Source of the DNA: Hypanus sabinus
Lineage: Eukaryota
Length of the DNA: 64,000 bases
Assembly (NCBI RefSeq): GCF_030144855.1
Contig: NC_082725.1
Coordinates: 10,478,001-10,542,000, forward strand
Reading direction: 5' to 3'
Shown here: positions 1-12,858 of the stretch, in pieces
Numbering within the stretch: position 1 is the stretch's first letter
How the letters are laid out: every line of letters starts with the position of its first letter
Translations under genes and position numbers: made by a program
The notes under the pieces: model-generated
What the model was told of the DNA's origin: nothing
Databases searched by the model: none
What the model saw: only the letters and a program-made list of their open reading frames with translations

Positions 1-3000
1 CAAATGCGGATGCAATTCCTTGTAAAAACCTGCAAAGAGCAGTAGGGCTGGCCGTTTTCATTCTGAGGTGAATTTCGGTTTTCTGTGACAACATAAGTAC
101 ACTTGCTGTAAATATACATTTCAGCTTTTACCACATGGACATTGGGATTTGAAAATGAATGAATCCAAACTCAACAAAATGGATTTTCATTTACCGTTTA
201 GTCCGTCTCAGTTAATGGCACAATCCATTTTACAAGTGGTGGCAGGCCACGATCCAAATATTTAAAATTTTCATGACGATCAATAGACTTAAGGTGTCTT
301 CGTATTGAAAGCAAAATGACTTCGCATGATATAGCCCCGGTTTAGAAGAGTATGAACGCTTCGCTTATGCACCCTTTTTCAGAGTTGAAGTTCAATGTTA
401 AGTCGTTTGCACACTCTTGCAAAACCCCCGCAAAACTCAGATGAAATCTTCGCCTAACCCCTCTCTTATTTTACGACAGGCTTTTGTTTTGCAACTTTAA
501 CACGGAAATATTTAATCCGATTTCGTTTCTAATAATATCTTCAACAAAGCTTCCAAGTACACCTCAGAGTGAAGAAATTCAGCTTCATCCGGGTCTCAAC
601 TCTCCCACGGAGTCCTGCAGGAGATAGCCTGCGCCGCAATAATTCACTGATCTTCTTAAACTTCGGCATTTACATTACATTTCATTTTCATCAAATAACA
701 ACCAAATGGCAGGAATTTACGTCTAGTATAAGACCAAAAAGGTAGGTATATTTTTGTTTTTGGACCATACATTTAGCATCGAGTGACTATATTTTTGAAA
801 GCTGCGGGATCAATAAAAATGATTTAAAAATCAAGTTAATTTGATCCTGAATCTATATTTGAAAAAGGCCCGTACTTACTGTAGAGGAAGTACCATAACT
901 GAGAAATACAGATGACTAGAAAATGGCGCAGCGATTAAGATAGTGACTGCATTTTAGATCATTTTCGCCTTTTATTTAATGCAATCGCCAGCTTCTCCTT
1001 TTGAATTTGGGGTATTATTGAATATCTGAAGCTTGGTTTTTGATATTCTCTTTACAAAATTTTAGGTTCATTGCGTTAAACCAGCAATCCATGCATGCGA
1101 AATCCAATCCTTTGGTGAGAAGGGAATCCGACAAGAAATTAGGTTTTGATCCACTGGTGATAAAAAAAAAACGCGCAATGTCCGGCTAAAAAGCTTACTC
1201 TTTCAAAATTCAGCCCGATTTTCATCAGACAAAGGCCGCGTCCTTGACGCTTTTGGGAACGCCTGATTGCTCACGTTAGCTGGGAATGTCAGGGATTCCA
1301 TGTAGGTGGCGTCTGTAGCTAACCCCTGGTCAGCTACAATGTCTATGCGGGCGTCTGGTGAAGCTGGTTGTCAAAATTACTATTAAAACCATAGGTCGGG
1401 CTAAACCGATCTCGGTTCTTGTAGGCGTAGTATTTAGTTATTTCGTGAAACGCAGTGTCGGTATTTGCCCATCCGTACAGGGACAATCGCGTCATTTTCC
1501 TTCTGGGCTCCCTTTCATTCAAAAATTCACGAACTTTCATATTTTACATTGCAGTTTTGATCACAGATACTAAATGTGTATATCTCCTCGCGAATCAGTG
1601 TTTAAACCGCTGAATATGAATTAATTTGGATATTATTTCAAAACTGTCAAATTTCACAGCATGGCGTCGCGGTTCTATCCCGTGAATGTACCTATAATCT
1701 ATCTATATATAATTAGTTAAATAATGAAAAGGTATACTATAGTCCATTGTAGAAATATGCTGTTGACCAGCGTTGAATGCCACACAAAACTGACTATTGC
1801 GAAGCCTTGTTGCAAATTTTGGCTTCGTTAATGCTCTTTATATTGCAATGTTTTGGGAACTTACTATTTACTCTTTTATAAGATGGACTTATTTTTATAG
1901 CTAGTGATTTATTCGGTTGTGCAGGCCAGAGAAATAAGTGAAATCGGAATTCCGAATATTCTGCAGACTTTCCTAGCATCGCCGTGTGCTTATCGAAACG
2001 AAACAATTCGAAAAAAAAAATGATTAATTTGCAATTACCATGGTTGCTCGTAAAGATACATTTTGAGCGCGGAACTTAATTTAAAGTTCGGTCTTTCTGG
2101 CAAATGTTTATGGCAAGGGTCCTTATCCCCAAGAAACCTGTTTGTTTTGGCACTGCGCAATTGTTTTTGGAGCAGCAATAAGCTAATATGTGACAAATTC
2201 TTAAAACAAAGTTTAACTTCAACTCTTATCTATGGTTCCATTATTTTCAAAAGCATAAAGGATTCATTGCAAGCTTTTAAACCCTCAGTGTGCATTTAAA
2301 ACCAAACAGTCTGTTGGACGGTGGTAATATGTGTAAATAAATGTACTTTTATTGGATATTCTGATTAATATTTCCCTCGCCAAACTAAAACCATTCTGTA
2401 TTTAGTCTCAACCACATTAACTATAAGACTGCTCCTTACTCATATGACTTTGTTGAGATTTTATGGAAATATGGAACAATGTGCCCACGGCCAATGTCAA
2501 ATTGGTTTTCAATCCGCATTTTTCACGTTTGCTTCGTCCTAAACTTTTTGTCTCTCTCTGCTACAAGTGTTTTTGTCTTGAACAACAGAGTCACAAGAAT
2601 CCCGCCTGAAATGTGAACGTTGGTTCAATCTTAGACTGCTTTAGATAATATTTCTCGAAATCCAGCTAAATGGATACCTGATTTATATAATTGTTCTGGG
2701 AGGGCGCGGGTTTTGTATATGGTGTTGAACGTGACCATGCTCTGTTTCTCTTCAGCCAGAAGTACAATACCAATTTTAAGAAACATGTTTGGCAGATTCG
2801 CACGGAATCAAATCTTATGAGAAAATAAAACTTAGAGTCGATTTGAATACATTGATGAAATCACAAACGAGCTTGTCGAACATTTCGAACTTGTCGCGAG
2901 TAACTTAGCTTCTCCACGTCTTTACGGAGGTCTACGACTGACTGTGTGCTCTAATGCCTTACTTTTGTGGAGGGGAGGGTGTAGGTGGGGAGTGAGGATA

Positions 3001-3224
3001 TTTGGATTTGAAAATAGGAGATGTTTGAAGATGAATACTTATTTATTCATTTTAATTTATGTTCTTATAACATTTTCTGTAATATTCTTACTGAGTTTTA
3101 GTTATTATTCATCCATAAATTCACAAATGGTAGGTTGGAATAAATATGTTGCCTATCTTCTTCAATTAAAGTCAGAAGAGAAAAGATAAGGGGATTTTCT
3201 TCAATAAGATGTCGAATGGTCGCG

Positions 3225-3533
3225 NNNNNNNNNNNNNNNNNNNNNNNNNNNNNNNNNNNNNNNNNNNNNNNNNNNNNNNNNNNNNNNNNNNNNNNNNNNN
3301 NNNNNNNNNNNNNNNNNNNNNNNNNNNNNNNNNNNNNNNNNNNNNNNNNNNNNNNNNNNNNNNNNNNNNNNNNNNNNNNNNNNNNNNNNNNNNNNNNNNN
3401 NNNNNNNNNNNNNNNNNNNNNNNNNNNNNNNNNNNNNNNNNNNNNNNNNNNNNNNNNNNNNNNNNNNNNNNNNNNNNNNNNNNNNNNNNNNNNNNNNNNN
3501 NNNNNNNNNNNNNNNNNNNNNNNNNNNNNNNNN
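3225..3533. other. N-run, 309 nt (others at 6198-6335, 15512-15707, 32430-32571, 48698-48837)
   Basis: Undetermined or masked bases. Confidence 0.99.
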
Positions 3534-3779
3534 CTTTAAAAATTAATCAGCGCTTGATATGTATTTTAGCTGCGGAAATCGTTAGAAGTTTTTTTCCATG
3601 CCTATTCTTGGTTTAAGTCAGCTAGTGGGAGAGACATGAAGTAAACGTGCCAAATGCGTCTCTGGTGTGAAGCCTGAACACCTTCACAGTATTATTCGAG
3701 CCTTCCTTTTCCCCTCTTAGAAATGTGCAGAGCTGAGTTGTAAAGAGCTTTGCGCTCCTGGTGCGAGGGGGGAATCCAA

Positions 3780-3910
3780 AGTGATGCATGTCAATTTCTC
3801 CAGGCATCTGGTCACATGACTGACTTGTTCCTGCGATGTATGGAGATACATTTCCACGTCAGCTTACGTTTCCAAATTTTTACTCCGCGGATCAGCTTCA
3901 AAGAGGCAGC
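3780..3910 (+). promoter_or_regulatory. HoxA11 proximal promoter
   Basis: E-box ggtcacatgac and CRE-like ccacgtcagcttacgtttccaaattt immediately upstream of the CDS. Confidence 0.6.
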
Positions 3911-3979
3911 AGCATCTAAGGACCATGTTTAGCTGTGCGAATGCGAGCTATTCTTGCGCTAGGGGACCCCAAGAAAGCG

Positions 3980-6001
3980 ATGATGGATTTTGATGAGCGG
4001 GTTTCTTGTGGCTCTAATCTTTATTTGCCTAGTTGTACCTATTATGTCTCGGGTCCGGATTTCTCCAGCCTGCCTTCTTTTCTGCCCCAAACACCGGCTT
4101 CTCGTCCCATGACATACTCTTACTCGTCTAATATCCCCCAGGTTCAACCTGTGCGAGAAGTTACCTTCAGAGACTATGCCATCGATCCCTCCAATAAGTG
4201 GCATCACAGAAGCAATCTCCCCCATTGCTATTCCGCAGAGGAGCTGATGCACAGGGAGTGTCTTCCTACCAGCACCATGGGCGAGATGTTAATGAAAAAT
4301 AGCGCCAGCGTTTACCACCCCAGTTCCAACGCGTCTTCCAGCTTCTACAACCCGGTGGGGAGGAACGGTGTGCTGCCGCAGGGATTTGATCAGTTCTTCG
4401 AGACCGCTTACGGTCCTGGTGAGAATCAGCAGTCGGAGTATTGCGGGGAGAAGAGCCCAGGTAAAGTGCCGTCTGCAGCAACTTCAAGTTCGGAGACTTC
4501 CAGGGTGTCGGTGGAGAAGGAGACGAGTCCCGGGAGCAGCAGCCCGGAATCTTCTTCCGGCAACAACGAGGAAAAAAGCAGTAACTCTAGTAGGTAGAAT
4601 CAGTGCCCACTTATGAAGGAAAGTTTTGCGATCTCGCGCGCTGCTGTTAAAAATTTTATGTGCTGTTTTATAAGCATATAAGGGGGTTTATGGATGGCCT
4701 GTAGATTTCCCAACAAAACTTTTTTTTATATATAAATGACAGGATCACGTGCTCCGCTCTGAAATTGGCCGTGAAATAACACCAGCCAATCCCTGCATTA
4801 ACATACCTCAAGTAGCACCTCAAAAAAGTGAATTTTGGATTAAAAATCTGATCGCTTAAATTATCAGATGGACATTTATTTAAAAAGGTAGACTTTTGGC
4901 CGCTGTGATCAATGCGTGTATGAATACAGCTCACGGATTCTATAAAACACGTGTTGACACAAAAACTATTTATAGGTTGTATTCAGTTCCACAAGTAACC
5001 GCTTTAAAACATAACAGGGGTAAAATGACATTTTTAACAGCAACATAAATACTGCAATACCTTTAGCACGGAGCTTTCCATCATAAAAAAGGACTTATTT
5101 CAGGTCGGAGTAGCTATATTTTATTTAATAATCACATTTTATAGCTGGACGTGCGATAAGCACAGCCTTAGCGTTACAGTGTTACTTCTGGAGGTTACTT
5201 ATGTTGACTTTTTCAGTACGGAATATCCACACAATGACGTCCCCACCCCAAAGGAAACCAATTCCAGTTTCTCAGTATCTTTATAATGTTAGGTTGATAA
5301 TCATCTGCTCCAAACCCCTTTTAAATGTAACCGCTTTGATAAAATAAAACGTCTTGCCTTTCACTTAATTTTGTCTTTGATACTCTCAACCTCGAGCATT
5401 TCACTTTTCAAAAGTGTTTATCTTCCAAAGAGGGTGGCTAGCCCTTTGGATGCATAAAGCCCTTTTGTGATTTCAAGTATCTTTGGAAAGGGAGTATTAC
5501 CGCTTCAACTTAAGAAATTCTACGACCATTCTGAGCATCGAGGCGGCCATCTTTTGTTCTAAGGTTCATTCAATACGTTAAAAGCGCTTTTATGCTTTAG
5601 CTAACTTTTCTGTATCGCGAGTATTGGTGGAGAATTGCTCTGTGTACAATGTAGGAACTGCATAAAACTTTCTTTCCCTGTTCGCGGAGAAGTATAATCC
5701 TCACAGAAAGCACTGTCTACTCTTATTTACAGCTATCAATGTTTTAACCCACTGTTTACCTGTTTCAGGTGGTCAGCGTACACGTAAAAAAAGATGCCCC
5801 TATACCAAGTACCAGATCAGGGAGCTGGAGAGAGAATTCTTTTTCAGTGTCTACATTAATAAGGAGAAGCGCCTACAACTTTCCCGGATGCTCAACTTAA
5901 CCGACCGGCAAGTTAAAATTTGGTTTCAGAACAGGAGGATGAAGGAAAAGAAATTAAACAGAGACCGCCTTCAATATTACACTACGAATCCATTGCTCTG
6001 A
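3980..6001 (+). CDS. hoxa11: Homeobox protein Hox-A11; join(3980..4589,5769..6001), 280 aa
   Basis: N-terminus [32 protein letters not shown] is the Hox11 signature. Donor a|gtaggt at 4590 and acceptor tttcag at 5768. Exon 2 reads [37 protein letters not shown]...[10 protein letters not shown]. Confidence 0.97.
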
Positions 6002-9000
6002 GATTAGACTGAGTTTACAAAGAGGCATTCCATCTTCCTAACTTCTACGATGAAATCGGCCAGGCCAGAACGCAGAGGTAAAAAAAACTCAAGTTCGAGT
6101 TTGTGAGCAGACACTTTAATTCAGCCCTGACGGGCCAGGCGACTTTCCAAAGCTAATTAGGACGTCTAGTTTCAACTCTAAAAAGTAACTGGAATTTNNN
6201 NNNNNNNNNNNNNNNNNNNNNNNNNNNNNNNNNNNNNNNNNNNNNNNNNNNNNNNNNNNNNNNNNNNNNNNNNNNNNNNNNNNNNNNNNNNNNNNNNNNN
6301 NNNNNNNNNNNNNNNNNNNNNNNNNNNNNNNNNNNTCTATATGATTCATACAGAGAGTGTCTCTAGAGATTAACTTTGAGATGTCAAGGTGAACGTTTGA
6401 ACATAGTTAAGCGAAACTGGGTTTGTAATTGAAGAAAGAAGGCAGCTTCTATACATGAACGGACACGTGTACTGAAGCCCTAAGAGAAAGAATTGACTGT
6501 TGTGGACCTGCTGCAATATAAGAATATTTTTAAAATTAAGTTGATAAGATGCGCATGCTTTAGATTAGGAGCATTTCAGTGGCTCTCAATGCCAGCCACA
6601 ACAATTGGATATATATTTGTTATCTTCGGTTACCAAAAGTAGCAAGCAGTCTCGTTCTTTTGCATCTGAGCCTTCGGAAGGAGAGGACTTAGCGCAGCAG
6701 CAATTCTGCAAATTATGCCTGTTTAACGCTGCTTAGCGTATTAAAACTTGTCTATAGGAAAGGCAGATGATAACTTCGGATCTCTACGATAGAATCACCT
6801 TTATTTCCATAAATAACAATCAGTACTCCCCATCCCCCACCCCCATAATTACCCCAAATGAGAACATGCATGCAAATATCCAATTTGAAATTCATAGCAA
6901 AAGGAAACACCGTTTCTAATGAGTGTGGAATTTATATTAGTCATTAAAATAAGCAAGTGTGGTTAAATTCAGTTTTACATGTATAAATCTGTATATTTTA
7001 GCTGTTGGCCTCGATATATATAAACACCTTACCATTTAATACATAGCTTGGGATAATAAGATATTTGAAAACCGGCTACTTTATGCTCACTGAAGCAATC
7101 TGTGTGTGTTTATTTGTACTTGATTCATCGTGCTTCGTAATTTTCAAATACAGTTTTTACTTTCAAAAGGAAAAGATTCTACCCACGGAGGCATACTTGA
7201 GCACAAAGTATTGTAAATATGTCGCTCTTTTGGTACAGATGAATGTGTATAGGAATTGGGTTTAAAGGCTGCTGCTCACGCATCTATTCTTTTCACGGAT
7301 TCCTCCAAAGGATGATCAGTCTGCAGTATTTTCAGTATTGATGCCATCTTTATCCGTGTGAACCAAAGACAAAATTATTTTCATTGAGTGTTTTATTGCA
7401 CAATGGTAACATTTCCTGTACATTCAGCATATAAGCTTTTTATAGACCGATATACCTATAGGCCGTATTGTACAAAAATCGCCACACGTAACCAGACGAC
7501 ACATGCCAGCCCTGAAAATCCCTTTGGTTTATTTTATCAATTTAATTTGAATGTTTCGTTGTGGCTTTTGTTATTAACATCATCAAAATAGCTTATTTTC
7601 TCGTTCATTCTCGCAAAATGACAGATGACAGCGGTCGATTGTTCGCCGTTATGTTCTTTTTTGGTAATTCTATTTTTTTTTGTTTTGCAAAACACTGAAA
7701 TATAACAAAAGGCTGGAACGTGCATCACAGAGGTGGTGTTTTCTACATTAAGAAATTAGATTTTGAAAATAAACAACAATTCTTTTAAGAGCAAAGTCTT
7801 CATCAAAAGCTGTTTAATTAAATGTGATGTCGACATTTGCTAACATTTGTATATAATTTGTATTTATCAATTTAACTAAAATGAGGTAAATTTGCATGTC
7901 CACGTTCAGAGAGCGCACAATTGGATTTAATGTAGAAAAAGTAATTAAGGTACTTTTTCTTAGGACAAACTTTGTTGGGTATTCAAGACAGAACTAAAAC
8001 ACCTGCGAAGTATTGTATTATTGTTCGTTTCATGTACGTAATAAACAACCATTAAAGCTGGATAACATTCCACATCTGTCTACATACATTGGTACGTTTT
8101 TCTTTAGTTTGTTTTCTGGAAAATAAGATATTCAGATCAAATTGCAATGATAATTTCAACTATTCAAGTCATATTAAAAGCCTCAGGTTCGCATTAACAA
8201 AATTAGACGAAAAATCAAAAAAATTGCATTGATTTAAACTTTATTCCACATACACGAAAAAAAACCCGAAACTGTTATGAGGGAAATTTTGTGGGTCTTT
8301 GCTCTCGGTTTAGCAAATATTGGACTGCGTTTGTTAAGATTCATAGAGTGTATATTAGAAGAAATTGTAATGCATTTTAGCTGTGTTACAATATCTTTAA
8401 TGCTGATTTTTTTTCTGCTTTCCGTCTTGTTTCCTGGCTTTGAACTTCTGTTGCGCCGTGGACGTCACCTCTAACCTTGGGGGTAAAGGGATAATCAGCC
8501 CTGAATCTTCCATTCTCTGCTCAGACTCCCGCCGGAGGCGACGGGAGACCGAAACAAATTATAAGAGACTGATCAACAGTATTGGCAGAGATACTATCGA
8601 GACATGCTCTAACATCATGAAAGTTTAATGTTGCGTGTGAGGCTGTTTTAATAATGAATGATACTAACAGTGATTAAAGATATGAGTTAGTTTTTATATC
8701 TAGAGAAGAGGGAGTTGAGACAAGTATGGTAGCATATTAAGGGGCTGTGGCATTAAAGGCAAATGACAAGAGATCGCCTCTGTTGCTCGGTTACTAACAG
8801 CGGGAAAAGTCATAAAGTCTTTTTTAATTGCAGCTATCTGTTTCTTAATATTGGGGCAATAGATATAAAATTCCAAATGCAGCGAATATAAACAAAATCT
8901 TCGAGTTTAATTGTTCTCCCTCTCTAGATATCGTTTTGCGTTCGCTCAGTGTTTCTGCTCAACTACACCAGAGAGCGATGACCATGAATTCTTCCAACTG

Positions 9001-10821
9001 GACACACACAGTCCACATGGTGGCGCCATTTAGATCAATGTCAAAGCCGCTTTGGCGACCGCAAAAAAATAAGGAAAAATACTTTGTCGATGTTCCAAAG
9101 TACAAGTTTAAAGGGAGGTATGTGAATCTTTTGAAGCCAAATGGAAAACCGCACCTCTCTATTTGACAAATTAAATCTAATCCAAATTGAATATCCAATA
9201 AAGCTCAGAAATAACCACTTTTTTGCTAACAGAAGAAAGGTGATCGGGTTCATGCAGATACAACATGGATTCTTCAACCTAGAAATGCTATCACACAATA
9301 ATCACCGAGGAATTCAACAGCTTAGGGTACAATTCATGTAAACTTTGAATTCGGATGGAATGAATTGTTTTAAATTGTTCTTATTTCATTAAAAATGTCA
9401 AGGAAAGGGAACGTATACGACAGATTTTAATTGACTTCTAAAATAGATTAGAAAATACAATAAATTTGCCTCAAATAAATCTCAAGAATGTTATACGATA
9501 ATAACAATACAAAATGTATATTGTCGAATTTAGTAGTTAGGAAGGAAATGTTTGTTTTTCTGCAGCGGTTTCGCCTATTCGTTCTTTTGTTTTTCCTTCC
9601 GTTTTTGCACGATATTGTATGATTTTTATTGTCAACTTAACACTAACATTGGACATCAAGCGATGTAATATTTAGTTTGGTTATTTTCTCCAACAACCAG
9701 GGCGTAATATTCTGAGAAATATTTTCGCGAAACGACTATATGTATTTTTCAAAACGGTTACTGGGTGTAAATGTGCCCAACCGCTGAACTTTGCGTTTAA
9801 GATTCAGAGCATTTCCGACCCTTTTCTGTTTTCTGATTTTGTTCAATTCCCATTCATTATTTTATTTAAAACATGAAAGAATAAGTATATATTTCTTCTT
9901 CAGAAGTATAACAATAATATTAGCGCAGTTTCGTGTCTTCCTAAATATTATCGTATGTTAAAACATCAACCGAAAATCGTGTAACTGAGCTAGATTTCCT
10001 CGTTTGCCCGCATTTATATATATAATGGGAAACATTATGAAGCATTAGTTGCATATTTTTCCAAAGTATATTCGATTATTTATTTCTCGCTCTGCTTCGT
10101 TTTAACGGTTAACGTAGAAATTAGATTAATCTACTCCTGCGAACTATTTCTCTTATTTGTTGATATCCATTGACCATATTGTGTTTTTAACATGGACGAC
10201 TAATCTACAACTGGATGCAAAGAAACGCGAAATTTGCCAAAATTTAATATCAATTCGGAGCATATTAAGTGCAAGATTTTGTACATTTTGAAGTAAATTT
10301 CATGTGCTGACCGTCTCCTGCGGGGAATCTAAGATTAATTTTGTCTTGTACAGCGTTATGTTCCGTAGCGATGCCCTGTGTTAACTCGTCTGACTAAACA
10401 ATGTATAAGCATGATATATCTAACAAATATTATTGCGTTAAATTGTGGTGGATGCGGGTACTGTAGTTCAGTTCATTGCTTGCTTGCCTGTGTATATGTA
10501 ACTTTATGCGACTGTGCTAAGCTAGTAAAGGATTTCGTTAAAACGTCAATATTAATTAATTATTGGCTATGGAATCTTTCAGCTAAATTGCGAAAAATTA
10601 CCTACTTTCTATAATTGAACAATACTTCCAATCTATCCTGTGTCATTCATTGTATTCCTTTGTTTCAGACAATGTAAAAAAATTGTAACTTCCAGCCATT
10701 ATCTTCATACCTTTTAATGATGTGTTATCAAGAGTGTCATGAATTGCATTCCTATCAGGACTCAATACAACTTCAATATTTAAAGCATGTTATTTGGAAG
10801 CTGAGGCAATCTGAAGCCACA

Positions 10822-10835
10822 GCGCCCTCTGGGTC
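10822..10835 (-). promoter_or_regulatory. CTCF-like site between HoxA11 and HoxA10
   Basis: Minus strand GACCCAGAGGGCGC, with a TGCAGTG motif further upstream. Confidence 0.5.
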
Positions 10836-12750
10836 TAGGACTAGCACTTGCACACTGCACAATATTCATTCATCCTGTTTTTGGTTGTTGGATTAAGTAT
10901 GTTCCAATGTTTCAGTACTAAATATATTTAATAACCAGAACCGATAACAAACCAACTAAAAATAGAACTTAGTTTCGAAGGGGAATTTAAATTTTCGTGC
11001 TTGCTGCATTGAAATGTGCAAAATATCATTAGTAGTTTGTTTGTTAAAGGCCATATCATCAAAGGAAACCATTTCAACAACTGTTCTTTCCTCTTGTCAG
11101 GGAGATCAGGTTTTCCACTCCAGAAACCACTGCGCCTAGATTTTAAAATTATTGCTATTCCTGTCTTTCAAGTGTAAGAAAACATTAACTCGTTGATTAG
11201 ATATCTCGATCAATTGATAGATATCTAACTGAATGAATATCGAAAATAAGCAGTGGAAAGAATAGGCACTTAGTGCGCAAGATTTCCAAAAATGTGAAAT
11301 ATTGAAGGATAAATTTAAAAAGTAGGATGGCTAAAGAAGAAATTCATCTTCCTAACTTTCCGGAAATAAAACTGTTTAGACAACCCGAAGTTGATATAAT
11401 TGATTTAAAAATCAGTTTATCATGTTCTATCTCTAACAAAAACACTTTTCAAAAATAATTTATTGTACATATTCAGCTGCGTGCTTGGACTATTAATATC
11501 TATTTTACAAGTCACTATTTACAAATCGCTTTGCATCAAAACTTTCGTTGCTTGCCCAGTGAGTTCCTGAAAGCGGGACGTCAATGTGCTGTAAAGCATT
11601 TTGCTAAAGCAGAGTCTACCGCAAAAAATTAGTAAATATGATTGAACTGGTTACAGTCTGTTTTTATTTGAATAGATGGGGGTGGGGGTTTAATAATGAA
11701 ATTTAACTATTTGTTCCGGGACGTACAAACTGTACGTTAAACAGATCTGGTATGTGCACGCTTCATAGTTGAATTTTGCCTTAATATGAACATAATGCTG
11801 GATTATGGAATGGCTTAAAATTGAACATTAATACCACAAATCCTTCATTGTTTAGAAGTATCAAATTATTGAATGAAACATTCTGGACAGAGTAGATCAC
11901 TGATGTAAAGAATTTGCTGTAATTGTACATTTTCCGCCAACTCTATTTTCAACGTGGGCCATAACATGGATCTTTTTAGTTTGCGACTCGACCCCTGCTG
12001 TGTCACCTTCACCGTGGCCGGTGCAACTGAATTGCCGTTTTTTTTGTTATAAAGCCAGTGAGCTACTCTGTCAGCGTGTAAAAAAAACTTCTCAGTCATT
12101 TACCATAAAGAATATGGTTAACAAAATGAAAATCCATAGCTCAGATTATTCCAAATTCAGTACTTCACAAAGAGGTAATTTCAAATAAATGAAACCTACC
12201 TATCTGTTTCAACAAAATCTAGTCAAAATCTCGTTAACTTTAGAACCAGGTCGAATAATATATGAGTTTGCGCAAGTCTGTATTTGTTTGCATGTATTTT
12301 GCAATGCATGGTTTCCACATCATTTGAGTAATTTTACCTGCAATATCTTAAGGGAAACTATCATTAGAATTATTTAAAATCCCGTTTTATATATTAAAAA
12401 TAGATATATCGTTACACGATACGGCACAGAAAACTATATATTCTATTTAAGTAGATTTTTATAAAGCTCCCCACCCTATTTTCGTCTGAACACCTTATGA
12501 ATTGTCAGAATGCTGATTTCATTGAACGCACAAAATTGAAGTGCACAAATCTTCGCTATAACACAAGCGCTGATTTCACCAGTTATAAACCTTTACCTTG
12601 TGGAATATTGTTCATTGTTCACGTTCAAAGTCGATTAATTCATTTGAAATTGTATAATCCAATCGCCTTTTCTTAGTCTTTTTAAAAAGGGGATACTGTT
12701 GCTACATAACAGTATAATAGCTGAGATGGAAGTAGAACAAATGAATCAGG

Positions 12751-12858
12751 TCTCCCACGTTACAACAGGGACTGCACATCAAAAAGTACTTCATTGGCTG
12801 TAAAGCGCTTTGGGACGTCCCGAGGTTGTGAAAGGCGCTGTTTAAATGCAAGTCTTTT
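12751..12858 (+). mobile_element. 5'-truncated 3' tail of a SacSINE1/AmnSINE1-like (Deu-SINE-related) retroposon
   Basis: ttacaacagggactgcacatcaaaaagtacttcattggctgtaaagcgctttgggacgtcccgaggttgtgaaaggcgctgtttaaatgcaagtc closely resembles the recalled 3' end of this SINE family. Confidence 0.75.

Noticed and set aside
1-3200. HoxA12 or HoxA13 coding sequence upstream of HoxA11
   Set aside because: No homeobox-like translation was seen. HoxA13 would lie outside the window and HoxA has no paralogue 12.
3935-3979. ORF-track N-terminal extensions of HoxA11 (also HoxA9 at 27161 and HoxA6 at 45988)
   Set aside because: They are called from GTG starts; the conserved Hox N-termini begin at the downstream ATGs.
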